From Pseudomonadota bacterium (GTDB taxonomy: Bacteria; Pseudomonadota; Gammaproteobacteria; Steroidobacterales; Woeseiaceae), in contig JAHKKM010000001.1 of assembly GCA_020027645.1 (NCBI GenBank), positions 6,211-70,210 of the forward strand: a stretch of 64,000 nt of DNA, read 5' to 3'. The notes below the pieces were generated by a model, which searched no databases, was not told the origin of the DNA, and worked only from the letters and a program-made list of their open reading frames with translations. Each line of letters opens with the position of its first letter. The first letter of the stretch is position 1. Positions 55,617 to 64,000 of the stretch are shown one piece after another. The position numbers and the translations under genes are program-made.

Positions 55617-56054
55617 TTAGCGGCGCACTTCCACGGAATCGTCGAATCGAACAGTGAAATAGACGTTTGCGATAAACGGCGTTGTGTGGTCGTAGGCGGC
55701 TTTGACGATAAAGCCGTTGCCGCTGGGTGTTACGGTCACGTCTTTGGCAGTAATTTCGCTCACGCTCTCGATATCGAAACGGCGGTTGATCGATGTCCTT
55801 ATCGCCGCGCGGGAAGGATTCTGCCCGTCGAATTCTGTCTCGACACCGCTCAGGACGCCCGCGACCTTCATGTAATTGAGATATACCGGGGTCAGCCTGA
55901 TTGCCGCGAAGGCGAACAGGCCGATAAAGGCCACCAGAATAAGTAGACCGAGGCCGGTCATTCCCGCCTGTCGGGCCAGCGCGGTGGCCGAGCGCCCGCT
56001 GCGCCAATTGCCTGCAAGCCCTGCGGTTTTTCCCGGATTCAATGCCATTCCCAT
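55617..56054 (-). CDS. DUF4845 domain membrane protein
   Basis: Single TM (GLGLLILVAFIGLFAFAAIRLTPVYLNY) and a position between lepB and rnc, as in Pseudomonas. The ATG at 56054 has GGAG 6 nt upstream. Other ATGs lie at 56069 and 56048. Confidence 0.7.
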   Translation of the reverse strand: MGMALNPGKTAGLAGNWRSGRSATALARQAGMTGLGLLILVAFIGLFAFAAIRLTPVYLNYMKVAGVLSGVETEFDGQNPSRAAIRTSINRRFDIESVSEITAKDVTVTPSGNGFIVKAAYDHTTPFIANVYFTVRFDDSVEVRR

Positions 56055-56122
56055 GCCACACTCCAGCATTTCGCTGCCAATCCTGACTAATTTTACCTGT
56101 CAAATCAGTGACTGGCACCACA

Positions 56123-56872
56123 TTATTCAATCTTAGTCCCGATCCGGCTCCAGTTTGGCCATTCCAGGCCATCCATGTGCATCCAGATGCGCACTGCCTC
56201 GCCCACCAGGTGCGTTTCGGGAATTGCACCAATGTAGCGGCTGTCGCGGCTGTTGTCCCGATTGTCGCCCATCATGAAAAAGTGCCCTTCTGGCACCCGG
56301 TATCTGCCATCCAGCACGTTGCGTTCAGGCTCGGTGATCATGATCTCGTGCTGGCGCTCCCCCAGGGTCTCCAGAAAGACCTGCGACTCATTGCCCGCCG
56401 AATCCGTTTGCAGCGGCATCGGCACACCGTTGACGGTCAAACGATGATTCGAGTAGATAATTTCGTCGCCTGGCAGGCCGATGACGCGCTTGATGTAGTT
56501 TACATTTGGCTCCGAAGGGAGTCTGAAAACCACTACATCGCCACGCTCCGGTTTACCGGTTTCAATGATCTTCTTCTCGATGACAGGCAGTCTCAGCCCA
56601 TAGGAATACTTTTTGACAAAAATGTAATCGCCTTGCAGGAGCGTGGGCATCATCGAGCCCGAAGGGATGCGAAACGGTTCAAAGATGAAAGAGCGGATTA
56701 TCAGGACGAACAACAGCACCGGAAAGAATGATCGGCTGTATTCGATGATCCATCCGTGGCCACTCTTGTCGGCCGGATCGCGCTGCTTGCGAAGGTAAAA
56801 CCTGTCGAACGCGACGACTGCGCCGCTGAACGCTGTCAGCAATGTCAAAATCAGTGCCAGATTAATGTTCAA
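56123..56872 (-). CDS. lepB: signal peptidase I
   Basis: Catalytic IPSGSMMPTL (Ser), YIKRVIGLPGD (Lys box) and GDNRDNSRDSRY. TTG start. Confidence 0.95.
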   Translation of the reverse strand: MNINLALILTLLTAFSGAVVAFDRFYLRKQRDPADKSGHGWIIEYSRSFFPVLLFVLIIRSFIFEPFRIPSGSMMPTLLQGDYIFVKKYSYGLRLPVIEKKIIETGKPERGDVVVFRLPSEPNVNYIKRVIGLPGDEIIYSNHRLTVNGVPMPLQTDSAGNESQVFLETLGERQHEIMITEPERNVLDGRYRVPEGHFFMMGDNRDNSRDSRYIGAIPETHLVGEAVRIWMHMDGLEWPNWSRIGTKIE

Positions 56873-56881
56873 TGCTTCTTC

Positions 56882-58672
56882 TCACTTCTCAACTCGTAAT
56901 ACTGCCAGAAATGCCTCCTGAGGTATTTCCACAGAGCCAATCTGCTTCATACGCTTCTTTCCCGCTTTTTGCTTTTCAAGCAACTTTCGCTTGCGCGTGA
57001 CGTCCCCACCATAGCACTTGGCAGTAACATTCTTGCGTAAGGCCTTCACGTTGCTCCGCGCAATAACCTGGCTTCCGATCGCAGCCTGGATTGCTACGTC
57101 GAACATCTGCCGCGGAATCAGTTCGCGCATTCGCTCCACCAGCTCACGTCCACGCGAGTTCGCATTGCCACGATGCACGATAATGGACAGTGCATCGACA
57201 CGCTCCTTGTTGATAACCAGGTCAAGTCGAACCATTTCTGCTGGTTGAAATCGCACCAGATGATAATCGAAGGACGCATACCCGCGACTGACTGACTTCA
57301 GCCTGTCGAAAAAGTCGAGTACGACCTCCGAAAGCGGCATTTCGTATTCCAGTGACACCTGGCTGCCAAGGTACCGAATATGCTTTTGCACACCGCGCTT
57401 TTCAATGCACAGCTTCATGACGGCGCCGACATGCTTTTCGGGCAGCAGAATGTTCGCGGCGATAATGGGCTCGCGAATTTCCGCGATTTCATGCACCGGC
57501 GGAAGCTTGGACGGATTGTCGACATACAGGACTTCGCCATTCGTCCGCAGAACCTCGAATATCACAGTCGGCGCGGTCGTTATCAGGTCCAGCCCGTACT
57601 CTCGCTCGAGTCGCTCCTGGACGATTTCCATGTGCAGCATGCCGAGAAAGCCACAACGAAAACCGAAGCCCAATGCGGCGGAAGTTTCCGGCTCGAAATG
57701 CAGTGCGGAGTCGTTCAGGCGCAATTTCTGCAGTGCCTCGCGGAAACCTTCGTAGTCTTCAGACTGGATAGGAAAAAGGCCGGCGAAGACCCTGGGCTGT
57801 ACCTGTTTGAAGCCAGGGAGTGGTTTGTCACAGGGCCGCGAGGTCAAGGTGAGCGTGTCGCCTACCGGCGCGCCATAAATGTCTTTTATGGCCGCAATGA
57901 CATATCCGACCTCGCCTGTCTGCAGTACGTCGCGGTCCTGCATTTTTGGCGTGAACGCACCGACTCGATCCGCATAATAGGACTTGTCGGTCGACATGAC
58001 CTTGAATTTGCTGCCCTTGGGCAGGCTGCCATTGACCACTCTGACCAAAGACACCACACCAACGTAGTTATCGAACCAGGAATCGATGATCAGGGCTTGC
58101 AAAGGCGCGTCCGGATCACCTCGGGGTGGCGGCACGGTCCTAATCAGCTGTTCGAGCAATTCGGGAACGCCGGCGCCGGTCTTGGCGCTGACCCTGGCCG
58201 CGTTCTGCGCATCGATACCGATTACCTCTTCGATTTCGCGCGCTACCTTCTCGGGTTCAGCCGCCGGCAGGTCGATCTTGTTCAGCACCGGCAGGACTTC
58301 CAGCCCCTGATCGATGGCAGTGATGCAGTTCGCGACACTCTGTGCCTCAACACCCTGCGCCGCGTCGACGACAAGCAGCGCTCCCTCACAGGCGGCCAGC
58401 GATCGCGAAACTTCGTATGAAAAGTCGACGTGTCCCGGAGTGTCTATGAAGTTGAGCTGATAGTCCTGACCGTCTTTTGCGTGATAGTTCAGGGATACGC
58501 TTTGCGCCTTGATCGTGATACCGCGCTCTCGTTCAATATCCATTGAATCGAGCACTTGCTCCGCCATCTCCCTGTCCTGCAGGCCGCCACAGAGCTGTAT
58601 GAATCGATCGGCGAGCGTCGACTTGCCGTGATCAATGTGCGCAATGATGGAAAAGTTTCGAATGTTCTTCAT
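56882..58672 (-). CDS. lepA: elongation factor 4
   Basis: [33 protein letters not shown] and the LepA C-terminal domain. Confidence 0.97.
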   Translation of the reverse strand: MKNIRNFSIIAHIDHGKSTLADRFIQLCGGLQDREMAEQVLDSMDIERERGITIKAQSVSLNYHAKDGQDYQLNFIDTPGHVDFSYEVSRSLAACEGALLVVDAAQGVEAQSVANCITAIDQGLEVLPVLNKIDLPAAEPEKVAREIEEVIGIDAQNAARVSAKTGAGVPELLEQLIRTVPPPRGDPDAPLQALIIDSWFDNYVGVVSLVRVVNGSLPKGSKFKVMSTDKSYYADRVGAFTPKMQDRDVLQTGEVGYVIAAIKDIYGAPVGDTLTLTSRPCDKPLPGFKQVQPRVFAGLFPIQSEDYEGFREALQKLRLNDSALHFEPETSAALGFGFRCGFLGMLHMEIVQERLEREYGLDLITTAPTVIFEVLRTNGEVLYVDNPSKLPPVHEIAEIREPIIAANILLPEKHVGAVMKLCIEKRGVQKHIRYLGSQVSLEYEMPLSEVVLDFFDRLKSVSRGYASFDYHLVRFQPAEMVRLDLVINKERVDALSIIVHRGNANSRGRELVERMRELIPRQMFDVAIQAAIGSQVIARSNVKALRKNVTAKCYGGDVTRKRKLLEKQKAGKKRMKQIGSVEIPQEAFLAVLRVEK

Positions 58673-58767
58673 GCTTTACCGACAGGCTTTGGGCCCGTCA
58701 CAACAACGGCCGTGCCAATTGAATCTGTGGGAAATGAGCAGCCGCGAAGTATATACGTTTCGCCAGC

Positions 58768-59031
58768 TCAGGACGCTTTCATCGCGCTTGCGTCGGCCGT
58801 CAGAGCTTGCTTGAGGGCCGCGGCATCCAGTGTGTACTGGCAGACAAACTGTCCATCGACTTCGACGACCGGAACCCGGTCCCCGAATCTTTCCCGCCAG
58901 TCACTGCGTGAATCGACGTCGCAAACGTCGACGACTGCCAGGTCCCGAACCAGCGGCAATAGCATGTCCACCAACTGGTCACACAGATGACAGCCGGGCC
59001 GGCTGTAAACACTTATGCGAGGCACCGTCAC
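58768..59031 (-). CDS. glutaredoxin-like (DUF836-type) small thioredoxin-fold protein
   Basis: ISVYSRPGCHLCD CxxC motif, then ....FGDRVPVVEVDG. The GTG at 59031 overlaps the rseC stop (GTGA). Confidence 0.7.
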   Translation of the reverse strand: MTVPRISVYSRPGCHLCDQLVDMLLPLVRDLAVVDVCDVDSRSDWRERFGDRVPVVEVDGQFVCQYTLDAAALKQALTADASAMKAS

Positions 59032-59471
59032 TCGGCCTCGTCGTTGTGGGTGACTATCTCTGGCTGAAACCGCAGAAAACATTGTGGGCGCTGCAATGAC
59101 AGTCGGCTGCCCGTCCAGGCCGCGGCCAGTCCAGTTGCGGCAACCAGCACAGCAGCCAGGTCAGTCATCGGTCCATGCAACAACCGGACGGCGGCCAGGG
59201 CCAGCACCATCCCGGCCAGGGGTAAACCGTAGGCGTAAACCGCGCCGCGCAACAGATCGGCAGCCGGAATTGCCAGCGCAACCGGATCGCCGGTCTTTAA
59301 CAGCGATCCGTCAGCAAGCGGCACTTTGATCTCGCGATGGCGATCCACAGCCGATATCAGGCCCGCGCCACAGCCTTTGCCGGCCTCACATCGCGGGCAG
59401 GCTGCCGGAGCAACGGATACCATGGCGTAGCCTTGGTGAACACTGAGAATCTGCCCGCGCGGAAAGTCCAC
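59028..59471 (-). CDS. rseC: SoxR-reducing system protein RseC/MucC
   Basis: N-terminal Cys cluster (CPRCEAGKGCGAG) followed by two TM helices, collinear with E. coli RseC. GTG start. Confidence 0.85.
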   Translation of the reverse strand: MDFPRGQILSVHQGYAMVSVAPAACPRCEAGKGCGAGLISAVDRHREIKVPLADGSLLKTGDPVALAIPAADLLRGAVYAYGLPLAGMVLALAAVRLLHGPMTDLAAVLVAATGLAAAWTGSRLSLQRPQCFLRFQPEIVTHNDEAE

Positions 59472-59482
59472 GATCCGGCTGC

Positions 59483-60460
59483 TTATTGCACGCGGCGCAT
59501 CGAGCTGGCGACACGTCTCAGGGTCTCTTGTGGCACTTCGCCAACTGCCGTGATGCGGAACCCGTCAGATACAGTGCTGAACGAGCTGGCCGAGCCGATT
59601 CGCGCCTGGCCGGCAACAGTCTCCTCGGAGTTCATCGCGACGAAGACAGACAGTGACGCCAGCCCGTCAGCGTATACGATGTGCGTAACCGGTGCCTCGG
59701 CGCCAGGGAATTTCTCGACGGTCATCGACATGACCTGGAATCCGGCCGGCAAATCGTCGCTGACCCAACTTGCCTCTGCTGGAACCGGCGGTGACCTTGC
59801 CGGTTCTGCGTACCAGGTGAAATCATCGAGACTCAGGGACGGTTTCAAGGCATCTCCTGAGACCATGGCACCGAGCCGGATATCGGCAAACTTGATCTCC
59901 TCAATCAGTTCTCCGTTGTGATCGACCAATTCAGTGCGTAACGGAAAAGCTGTTTCACGATCGAGCCAAAAGCGGTGTCCGAAGCGAAACTGATCATGAG
60001 GTCGCACTGCGATCAGTACAGCCGCACGTCCGGCAACGCGTTCTTCCCTGACAACGGACAGGTCATAGTGTGCGCCAAAACGAATATCGCCGCCGGGAAG
60101 CGCGGAGAACAACGCACTCTGGTCGTCCCAGCTTTCGATCAGCACCGACTTGCGGTCCGGCAATATGCAATGCGCTTCGTCGCCGACGCGAATGATCTCG
60201 AGTCCGTTGCCCTCCTGGGTAACCAGTCGCTCGTGGACAACGCCGTCAATGATTTTGTGAACTACCTTGATCGCCTCGGACTTGCCGTTCTGCCGCCTGA
60301 TTACGGTGCCTTCATAATCTATTTCAGACAGCACCCGCGACATTCCACGTAGCCATTCGGCCGGGGCTGAACTGTCCTCGGCGTGTACCACTGGCGGCGA
60401 AAGCGTCAGCATTGCCGTCAGACATCCGGCGGCAACGCATTTCAGAAGGTGCAGCGTCAT
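59483..60460 (-). CDS. rseB: sigma-E regulatory protein RseB/MucB
   Basis: Signal peptide, 325 aa, an RseB-type N-terminus (WL..M.......Y.G........G) and a position between rseA and rseC. Confidence 0.85.
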   Translation of the reverse strand: MTLHLLKCVAAGCLTAMLTLSPPVVHAEDSSAPAEWLRGMSRVLSEIDYEGTVIRRQNGKSEAIKVVHKIIDGVVHERLVTQEGNGLEIIRVGDEAHCILPDRKSVLIESWDDQSALFSALPGGDIRFGAHYDLSVVREERVAGRAAVLIAVRPHDQFRFGHRFWLDRETAFPLRTELVDHNGELIEEIKFADIRLGAMVSGDALKPSLSLDDFTWYAEPARSPPVPAEASWVSDDLPAGFQVMSMTVEKFPGAEAPVTHIVYADGLASLSVFVAMNSEETVAGQARIGSASSFSTVSDGFRITAVGEVPQETLRRVASSMRRVQ

Positions 60461-60465
60461 GTGTC

Positions 60466-61119
60466 TCAGTCCACCCGAGTCTTTTTATCGTCGGTCGGCT
60501 TATCCGACTCGTCGTCCGGTGACGCGATGCTGTCGATAACGGCCGTTTCGGCGGCCTTGTTCTGTGGGCTAATCCTGACCAATTCTCCGCCCTGCAGCTC
60601 AAGGGTGACCAGGCGCGTGATCATGTCGTTGGTACCAAAATCCGCAGAACTTGCGCTATGTCGCAGGTACATGTGCCGCAGTTCGTCGGACAACACATCA
60701 TCGGCAGCCGCTTGCGTTATTGCCGGAGCGGATTCGATCGGCGGAGCCGCCGCTTCGGTCACCGGTTCGGTTGAGTCCGGCAGAACAGACTGGCGCAAGC
60801 CCACCAAGGCGAGCACGGCGACCGAGGCCGCCAGTGCAACACCCAGAGCCGGCCTGACAAATCGGGAAGTTTGTTCAGCCGAAACCTGCGCCGCCGGCAA
60901 AAGTTCCTCGCCCAGCGCATTGGCAATTCTGCCACGTAACTCGCGCATCCCCGCCAACTCCGGATCACGTCGCATATGACGACCGATTGCCAGGTACTCA
61001 GCAACTTGCTGGCGCATGGCAGCGTCCTGATTCAGCCGGCGCAACAACAGTTCAGCCTCGTTCTCGGGCAGTTCGCCATCGATAAACGCCGAGATCTGCA
61101 TTTTCAATGCATCATTCAT
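60466..61119 (-). CDS. rseA: anti-sigma-E factor RseA/MucA
   Basis: N-terminus ISAFIDGEL, a central TM segment and a position immediately after rpoE. AGGTG SD. Confidence 0.85.
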   Translation of the reverse strand: MNDALKMQISAFIDGELPENEAELLLRRLNQDAAMRQQVAEYLAIGRHMRRDPELAGMRELRGRIANALGEELLPAAQVSAEQTSRFVRPALGVALAASVAVLALVGLRQSVLPDSTEPVTEAAAPPIESAPAITQAAADDVLSDELRHMYLRHSASSADFGTNDMITRLVTLELQGGELVRISPQNKAAETAVIDSIASPDDESDKPTDDKKTRVD

Positions 61120-61185
61120 ATATCACCTGCGAGGGCAGAAACCCCCTGATTCCATCCGCCTGAAACAGATCCGGCGGTCTTCAAT

Positions 61186-61203
61186 TAATTCCACTAATTC
61201 CAC
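61186..61203. repeat. perfect 9-bp tandem duplication (taattccac x2) abutting the rpoE stop codon
   Basis: Read directly: 61186-61194 is identical to 61195-61203. Confidence 0.9.
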
Positions 61204-61779
61204 TCAGTCGATCAGGCTGCCAATCTTTTTGCTGATGGCATCCCGGGCTCTGAAAATTCGAGATCGCACCGTACCGACCGGGCAATCCATTGTCTGTGCA
61301 ATCTCCTCATAGCTCATACCTTCGAGCTCACGCAATACTATGGCAGTCCGGAGGTCGTCCGGCAGTGCCGCAATAGCTCGTTCGACGGCTTCGTGCAACT
61401 CACGGCCAAGGGTGACACCCTCCGGGGTGTCCATGTCCCTGAGATTCGCGTGCAGATCAAATTGCTCCGGGTCCTGCAGATCCAGCTCGACATCCATCGG
61501 CCTGCGCCGCTGTGCTGCCAGGTAATTCTTTGCCGTGTTCACAGCAATCCTGTACAGCCAGGTGTAAAACGCACTGTCGCCGCGAAAACGAGGCAATGCC
61601 CGGTAGGCCTTGAGAAAAGCCTCCTGGGTAATGTCCAATGCCTGATCCGGGTCCCGCACATATCTCATCACCAGATTGACGATCTTGTGCTGGTATTTGA
61701 GCACAAGAAGGTCAAAAGCGCCTTTCTCACCTTTCTGGACCCGACGGACCAGTTGGGCATCCGACCACTCAGTTGCCAT
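61204..61779 (-). CDS. rpoE: RNA polymerase sigma factor RpoE/AlgU
   Basis: From the ATG at 61779: DAQLVRRVQKGEKGAFDLLVLKYQHKI, region 2 FYTWLYRIAVNTAKN and region 4 LRELEGMSYEEIAQTMDCPVGTVRSRIFRAR. Confidence 0.95.
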   Translation of the reverse strand: MATEWSDAQLVRRVQKGEKGAFDLLVLKYQHKIVNLVMRYVRDPDQALDITQEAFLKAYRALPRFRGDSAFYTWLYRIAVNTAKNYLAAQRRRPMDVELDLQDPEQFDLHANLRDMDTPEGVTLGRELHEAVERAIAALPDDLRTAIVLRELEGMSYEEIAQTMDCPVGTVRSRIFRARDAISKKIGSLID

Positions 61780-61825
61780 TGAGGCAGGCCCTGCCGGTAG
61801 ACCGGCACGGCCAGTCGACCCCCGG

Positions 61826-61852
61826 GTAGACCGGGCGTCGTGCCGAAAGTTC
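61826..61852 (-). promoter_or_regulatory. putative sigma-E-dependent (autoregulated) rpoE promoter
   Basis: Minus strand: GAACTT (61852..61847), a 16-nt spacer, then TCTAC (61830..61826), about 47 nt upstream of the rpoE ATG. This matches the GAACTT-N16/17-TCTGA/TCAAA class. Confidence 0.5.
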
Positions 61853-61924
61853 TGCGAAATGAATGGTATCCATGCGTTCTGGGCTTTTTCTTCCCTGGAC
61901 CTGACACAGGTCACAGAAATGGTA

Positions 61925-62383
61925 TCAGCTTCGATCAGGCTGTCCAAAGCGCGGTCCATGCTGGCGCCAGCTCAGTTGCAGCCAATGCCAGCCGGGGCAC
62001 AGGCGACTGTCGCCCGCCAACAGTTCCCCGTAGCGGCTACGGTCGGCAAACTCGAGCCGCAGCCAGGCAATCCGCGGCAGGACCAGACTGCCGCCAAGAA
62101 GCCGTACCGGTTCTGCGTATCCACCGGGCCGGATGGTTTCGATCAGGCCTGTGACCTGAATGCGAATCGCAGCCACGCGACGGTAGGCCCGCAGCTGACT
62201 TCGCCAGTCATGCACACACATCCATGACCAGCCGAGAATCAAGAGTGCACGTACCCCAGCCGGCAATGGCATCAGGAGCAGGAGGACCAGGCCTGCCAGC
62301 TGCATCAATGAGGCAAAAACCAGCAGCACTGACCGCAACAGCCAGTCAGGTCGAAGATCGGTTACGGACGGCGTGGACGACAT
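61925..62383 (-). CDS. YgfX (CptA)-like inner-membrane protein
   Basis: Collinear in architecture with E. coli YgfX: [33 protein letters not shown], a second TM segment, then W.C..DWRSQLR. Lies directly after sdhE. The ATG at 62383 lies 38 nt inside the sdhE 3' end. Confidence 0.65.
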   Translation of the reverse strand: MSSTPSVTDLRPDWLLRSVLLVFASLMQLAGLVLLLLMPLPAGVRALLILGWSWMCVHDWRSQLRAYRRVAAIRIQVTGLIETIRPGGYAEPVRLLGGSLVLPRIAWLRLEFADRSRYGELLAGDSRLCPGWHWLQLSWRQHGPRFGQPDRS

Positions 62384-62606
62384 CGGCAAGTCGCGAATCG
62401 GCAGGCGAAGCATCCCCCAGCAGATAAGCAACAAGTTCGGGATCCTGCAATTCCAGAAGTGCGCGAAATGCGGATTTTTGCGTGTCGCTCGCTGCGGTGT
62501 ATGACGACTCGAACCAGGTCAGCAACAAATGATCGAGTTCGCGGGTGCCGCGACGACATTGCCAGCGAATTCGCGTGTCCCTGGTTTGCGCGGGCTCCGG
62601 ACTCAA
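62346..62606 (-). CDS. sdhE: FAD assembly factor SdhE
   Basis: [14 protein letters not shown] and [14 protein letters not shown] match the SdhE/YgfY family. The only start near the homologous N-terminus is the TTG at 62606, which overlaps the sdhB stop (TTGA). Confidence 0.85.
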   Translation of the reverse strand: MSPEPAQTRDTRIRWQCRRGTRELDHLLLTWFESSYTAASDTQKSAFRALLELQDPELVAYLLGDASPADSRLADVVHAVRNRSST

Positions 62607-63391
62607 TGTCGCCGTTCCGCCAGCATCTTCTTGGTTTCGGCAATGGCCCTTGCCGGATTCAGACCTTTTGGACAGGTCTGGGTGCAATTCATGATGGTAT
62701 GGCAACGGTACAGGCGAAACGGATCTTCCAGATCGTCGAGGCGTTCGCCGGTGGCTTCGTCACGGCTGTCGACCAGCCATCGATAGGCTGCCAGCAGGGC
62801 CGCCGGACCGAGATAGCGGTCACTGTTCCACCAGTAACTCGGGCAACTCGTGGAACAACAGGCACAAAGAATGCAGGCCGCCGGTTCGTCGATGCGTTCC
62901 TGATCCTTCTTGCTTTGCAGGCGCTCCCGATCCGGCGGCGCCGGCGTCCGGGATTGCAACCAGGGTTTGATGGACGCGTATTGTGCATAGAAATTGGTCA
63001 GGTCGGGAACCAGGTCCTTAACCACCGGCATGTGCGGAAGCGGATAAATTCTTACTTCGCCGCGCACGGCGTCCGCTGCCATCGTGCACGCAAGCGTATT
63101 GCCACCATCGATGTTCATCGCGCAGGAACCGCAGATCCCCTCACGGCAGGAACGGCGAAACGTCAGGGTCGGATCAATTTCATTTTTTATCTTGATCAGC
63201 GCATCGAGGACCATGGGTCCGCAGCTGTCCATGTCGACATCGTAAGTATCGATCCGCGGATTCTCGCCGGTGTCAGGATCGTACCGATAAACAGCAAAGC
63301 GCCTGACATTTGCCGTGCCGGCCGCGGCTGGAAAATGCCGGCCCTTCCGCACCCTCGAGTTTGGCGGAAGCCGAAACTCAGCCACCGGCAT
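62603..63391 (-). CDS. sdhB: succinate dehydrogenase iron-sulfur subunit
   Basis: 2Fe-2[14 protein letters not shown], 4Fe-4[13 protein letters not shown] and 3Fe-4[16 protein letters not shown]. Confidence 0.96.
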   Translation of the reverse strand: MPVAEFRLPPNSRVRKGRHFPAAAGTANVRRFAVYRYDPDTGENPRIDTYDVDMDSCGPMVLDALIKIKNEIDPTLTFRRSCREGICGSCAMNIDGGNTLACTMAADAVRGEVRIYPLPHMPVVKDLVPDLTNFYAQYASIKPWLQSRTPAPPDRERLQSKKDQERIDEPAACILCACCSTSCPSYWWNSDRYLGPAALLAAYRWLVDSRDEATGERLDDLEDPFRLYRCHTIMNCTQTCPKGLNPARAIAETKKMLAERRH

Positions 63392-63441
63392 TCTCCCTTT
63401 GCCTGACGTGCAATATCGTTTCCAGGGTGATGTTCATGGGG

Positions 63442-64000
63442 TCAGTACACTCGTGCTTTTGGCGGCACTGTGGCAACGTCGTCTGTCAACGTCTGCAGAT
63501 GCACCGGACGGTAACCAAAGCTTACATTGCCCTGCGCATCGATCCACGACAAGGTATGTTTCATCCAGCTTATATCGTCCCGGTCCGGATAATCCTCTCG
63601 CGCGTGCGCTCCGCGGCTTTCCAGCCGGTTCGCCGCCGACTCGATGGTCGCAACTGCATTCAGCAACAGGTTTTCGAGCTCCATGGTTTCGATCAGATCC
63701 GTGTTCCAGATCATTGAACGGTCGCTGACACGGACGTCGGAGAATGACTTGAACGTCGTTCGCAAAAGTTGCGCACCTTCGTTCAGCGACTCGCCGGTGC
63801 GAAATACTGCGGCATGGTTTTGCATCGTCTTCTGCATTTCCAGCCGAATTTCAGCGGTGGAACGCGAGCCGCTGGCGTTGCGCAATCTGTCGATTCGATC
63901 GACGCTGTTCTTGCCGGCCGCCGCGGGCAGCACGGCCTGGCGTTGTCCGGGCTTAATCAATCTGGCGCAGTGTCGCGCGGCTGATCTCCCGAAAACAACA
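63442..64000 (-). CDS. sdhA: succinate dehydrogenase flavoprotein subunit, C-terminal part (5' end beyond the window)
   Basis: RLESRGAHAREDYPDRDD and the C-terminal PPKARVY. The frame stays open to position 64000 (..VVFGRSAARH..), so the ORF start listed in the track is not the true start. Confidence 0.93.
   Translation of the reverse strand, partial: VVFGRSAARHCARLIKPGQRQAVLPAAAGKNSVDRIDRLRNASGSRSTAEIRLEMQKTMQNHAAVFRTGESLNEGAQLLRTTFKSFSDVRVSDRSMIWNTDLIETMELENLLLNAVATIESAANRLESRGAHAREDYPDRDDISWMKHTLSWIDAQGNVSFGYRPVHLQTLTDDVATVPPKARVY

Overview
This 64 kb window is a GC-rich (by eye), gene-dense stretch of what looks like gammaproteobacterial core chromosome. About 65 protein genes can be called, and nearly all are recognisable housekeeping families. 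In order:
- trxB, a FemAB-like/DUF482 gene, aat, infA, clpA (disrupted), clpS
- a partial type II secretion operon, gspCDEF
- a hyper-acidic small protein
- the SOS mutagenesis cassette lexA-imuA-imuB-dnaE2, with two canonical LexA boxes
- an Lpp/OprI-like lipoprotein convergent with a YkuD L,D-transpeptidase, then a GST and a DUF1232 protein
- fabH-plsX-rpmF-yceD, maf, rluC, rne
- an LMW-PTP, a glutathione peroxidase, a lipocalin
- kdsB-lpxK-msbA-exbD-exbB, comEC, a DUF2062 protein, lolD plus two LolC/E permeases
- mfd, a CsiV-like protein, a degenerate GGDEF protein, an MTA/MTI phosphorylase, nagZ
- rlmD, a PolB-like exonuclease, acpS-pdxJ-recO-era-rnc, a DUF4845 protein, lepB-lepA
- a glutaredoxin-like protein, rseC-rseB-rseA-rpoE, a ygfX-like gene, sdhE-sdhB, and the 3' part of sdhA, which runs off the right edge.

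I found no rRNA, tRNA, CRISPR array, transposase, integrase or phage gene. I also see no convincing novel multi-gene system such as a defence island. The most unusual items are:
1. clpA is split into two frames and lacks about 85-90 residues (second N-domain repeat plus linker), although aat and clpS beside it look intact.
2. An ExbB/ExbD motor with no TonB/TolA partner is translationally coupled to msbA-lpxK-kdsB.
3. A GGDEF protein has lost the catalytic motif but keeps an RxxD I-site.
4. A FemAB-like gene sits beside aat.
5. An uncharacterised hyper-acidic protein lies between the T2SS and SOS modules.

All calls come from reading the translations against remembered family motifs. No database search was run.
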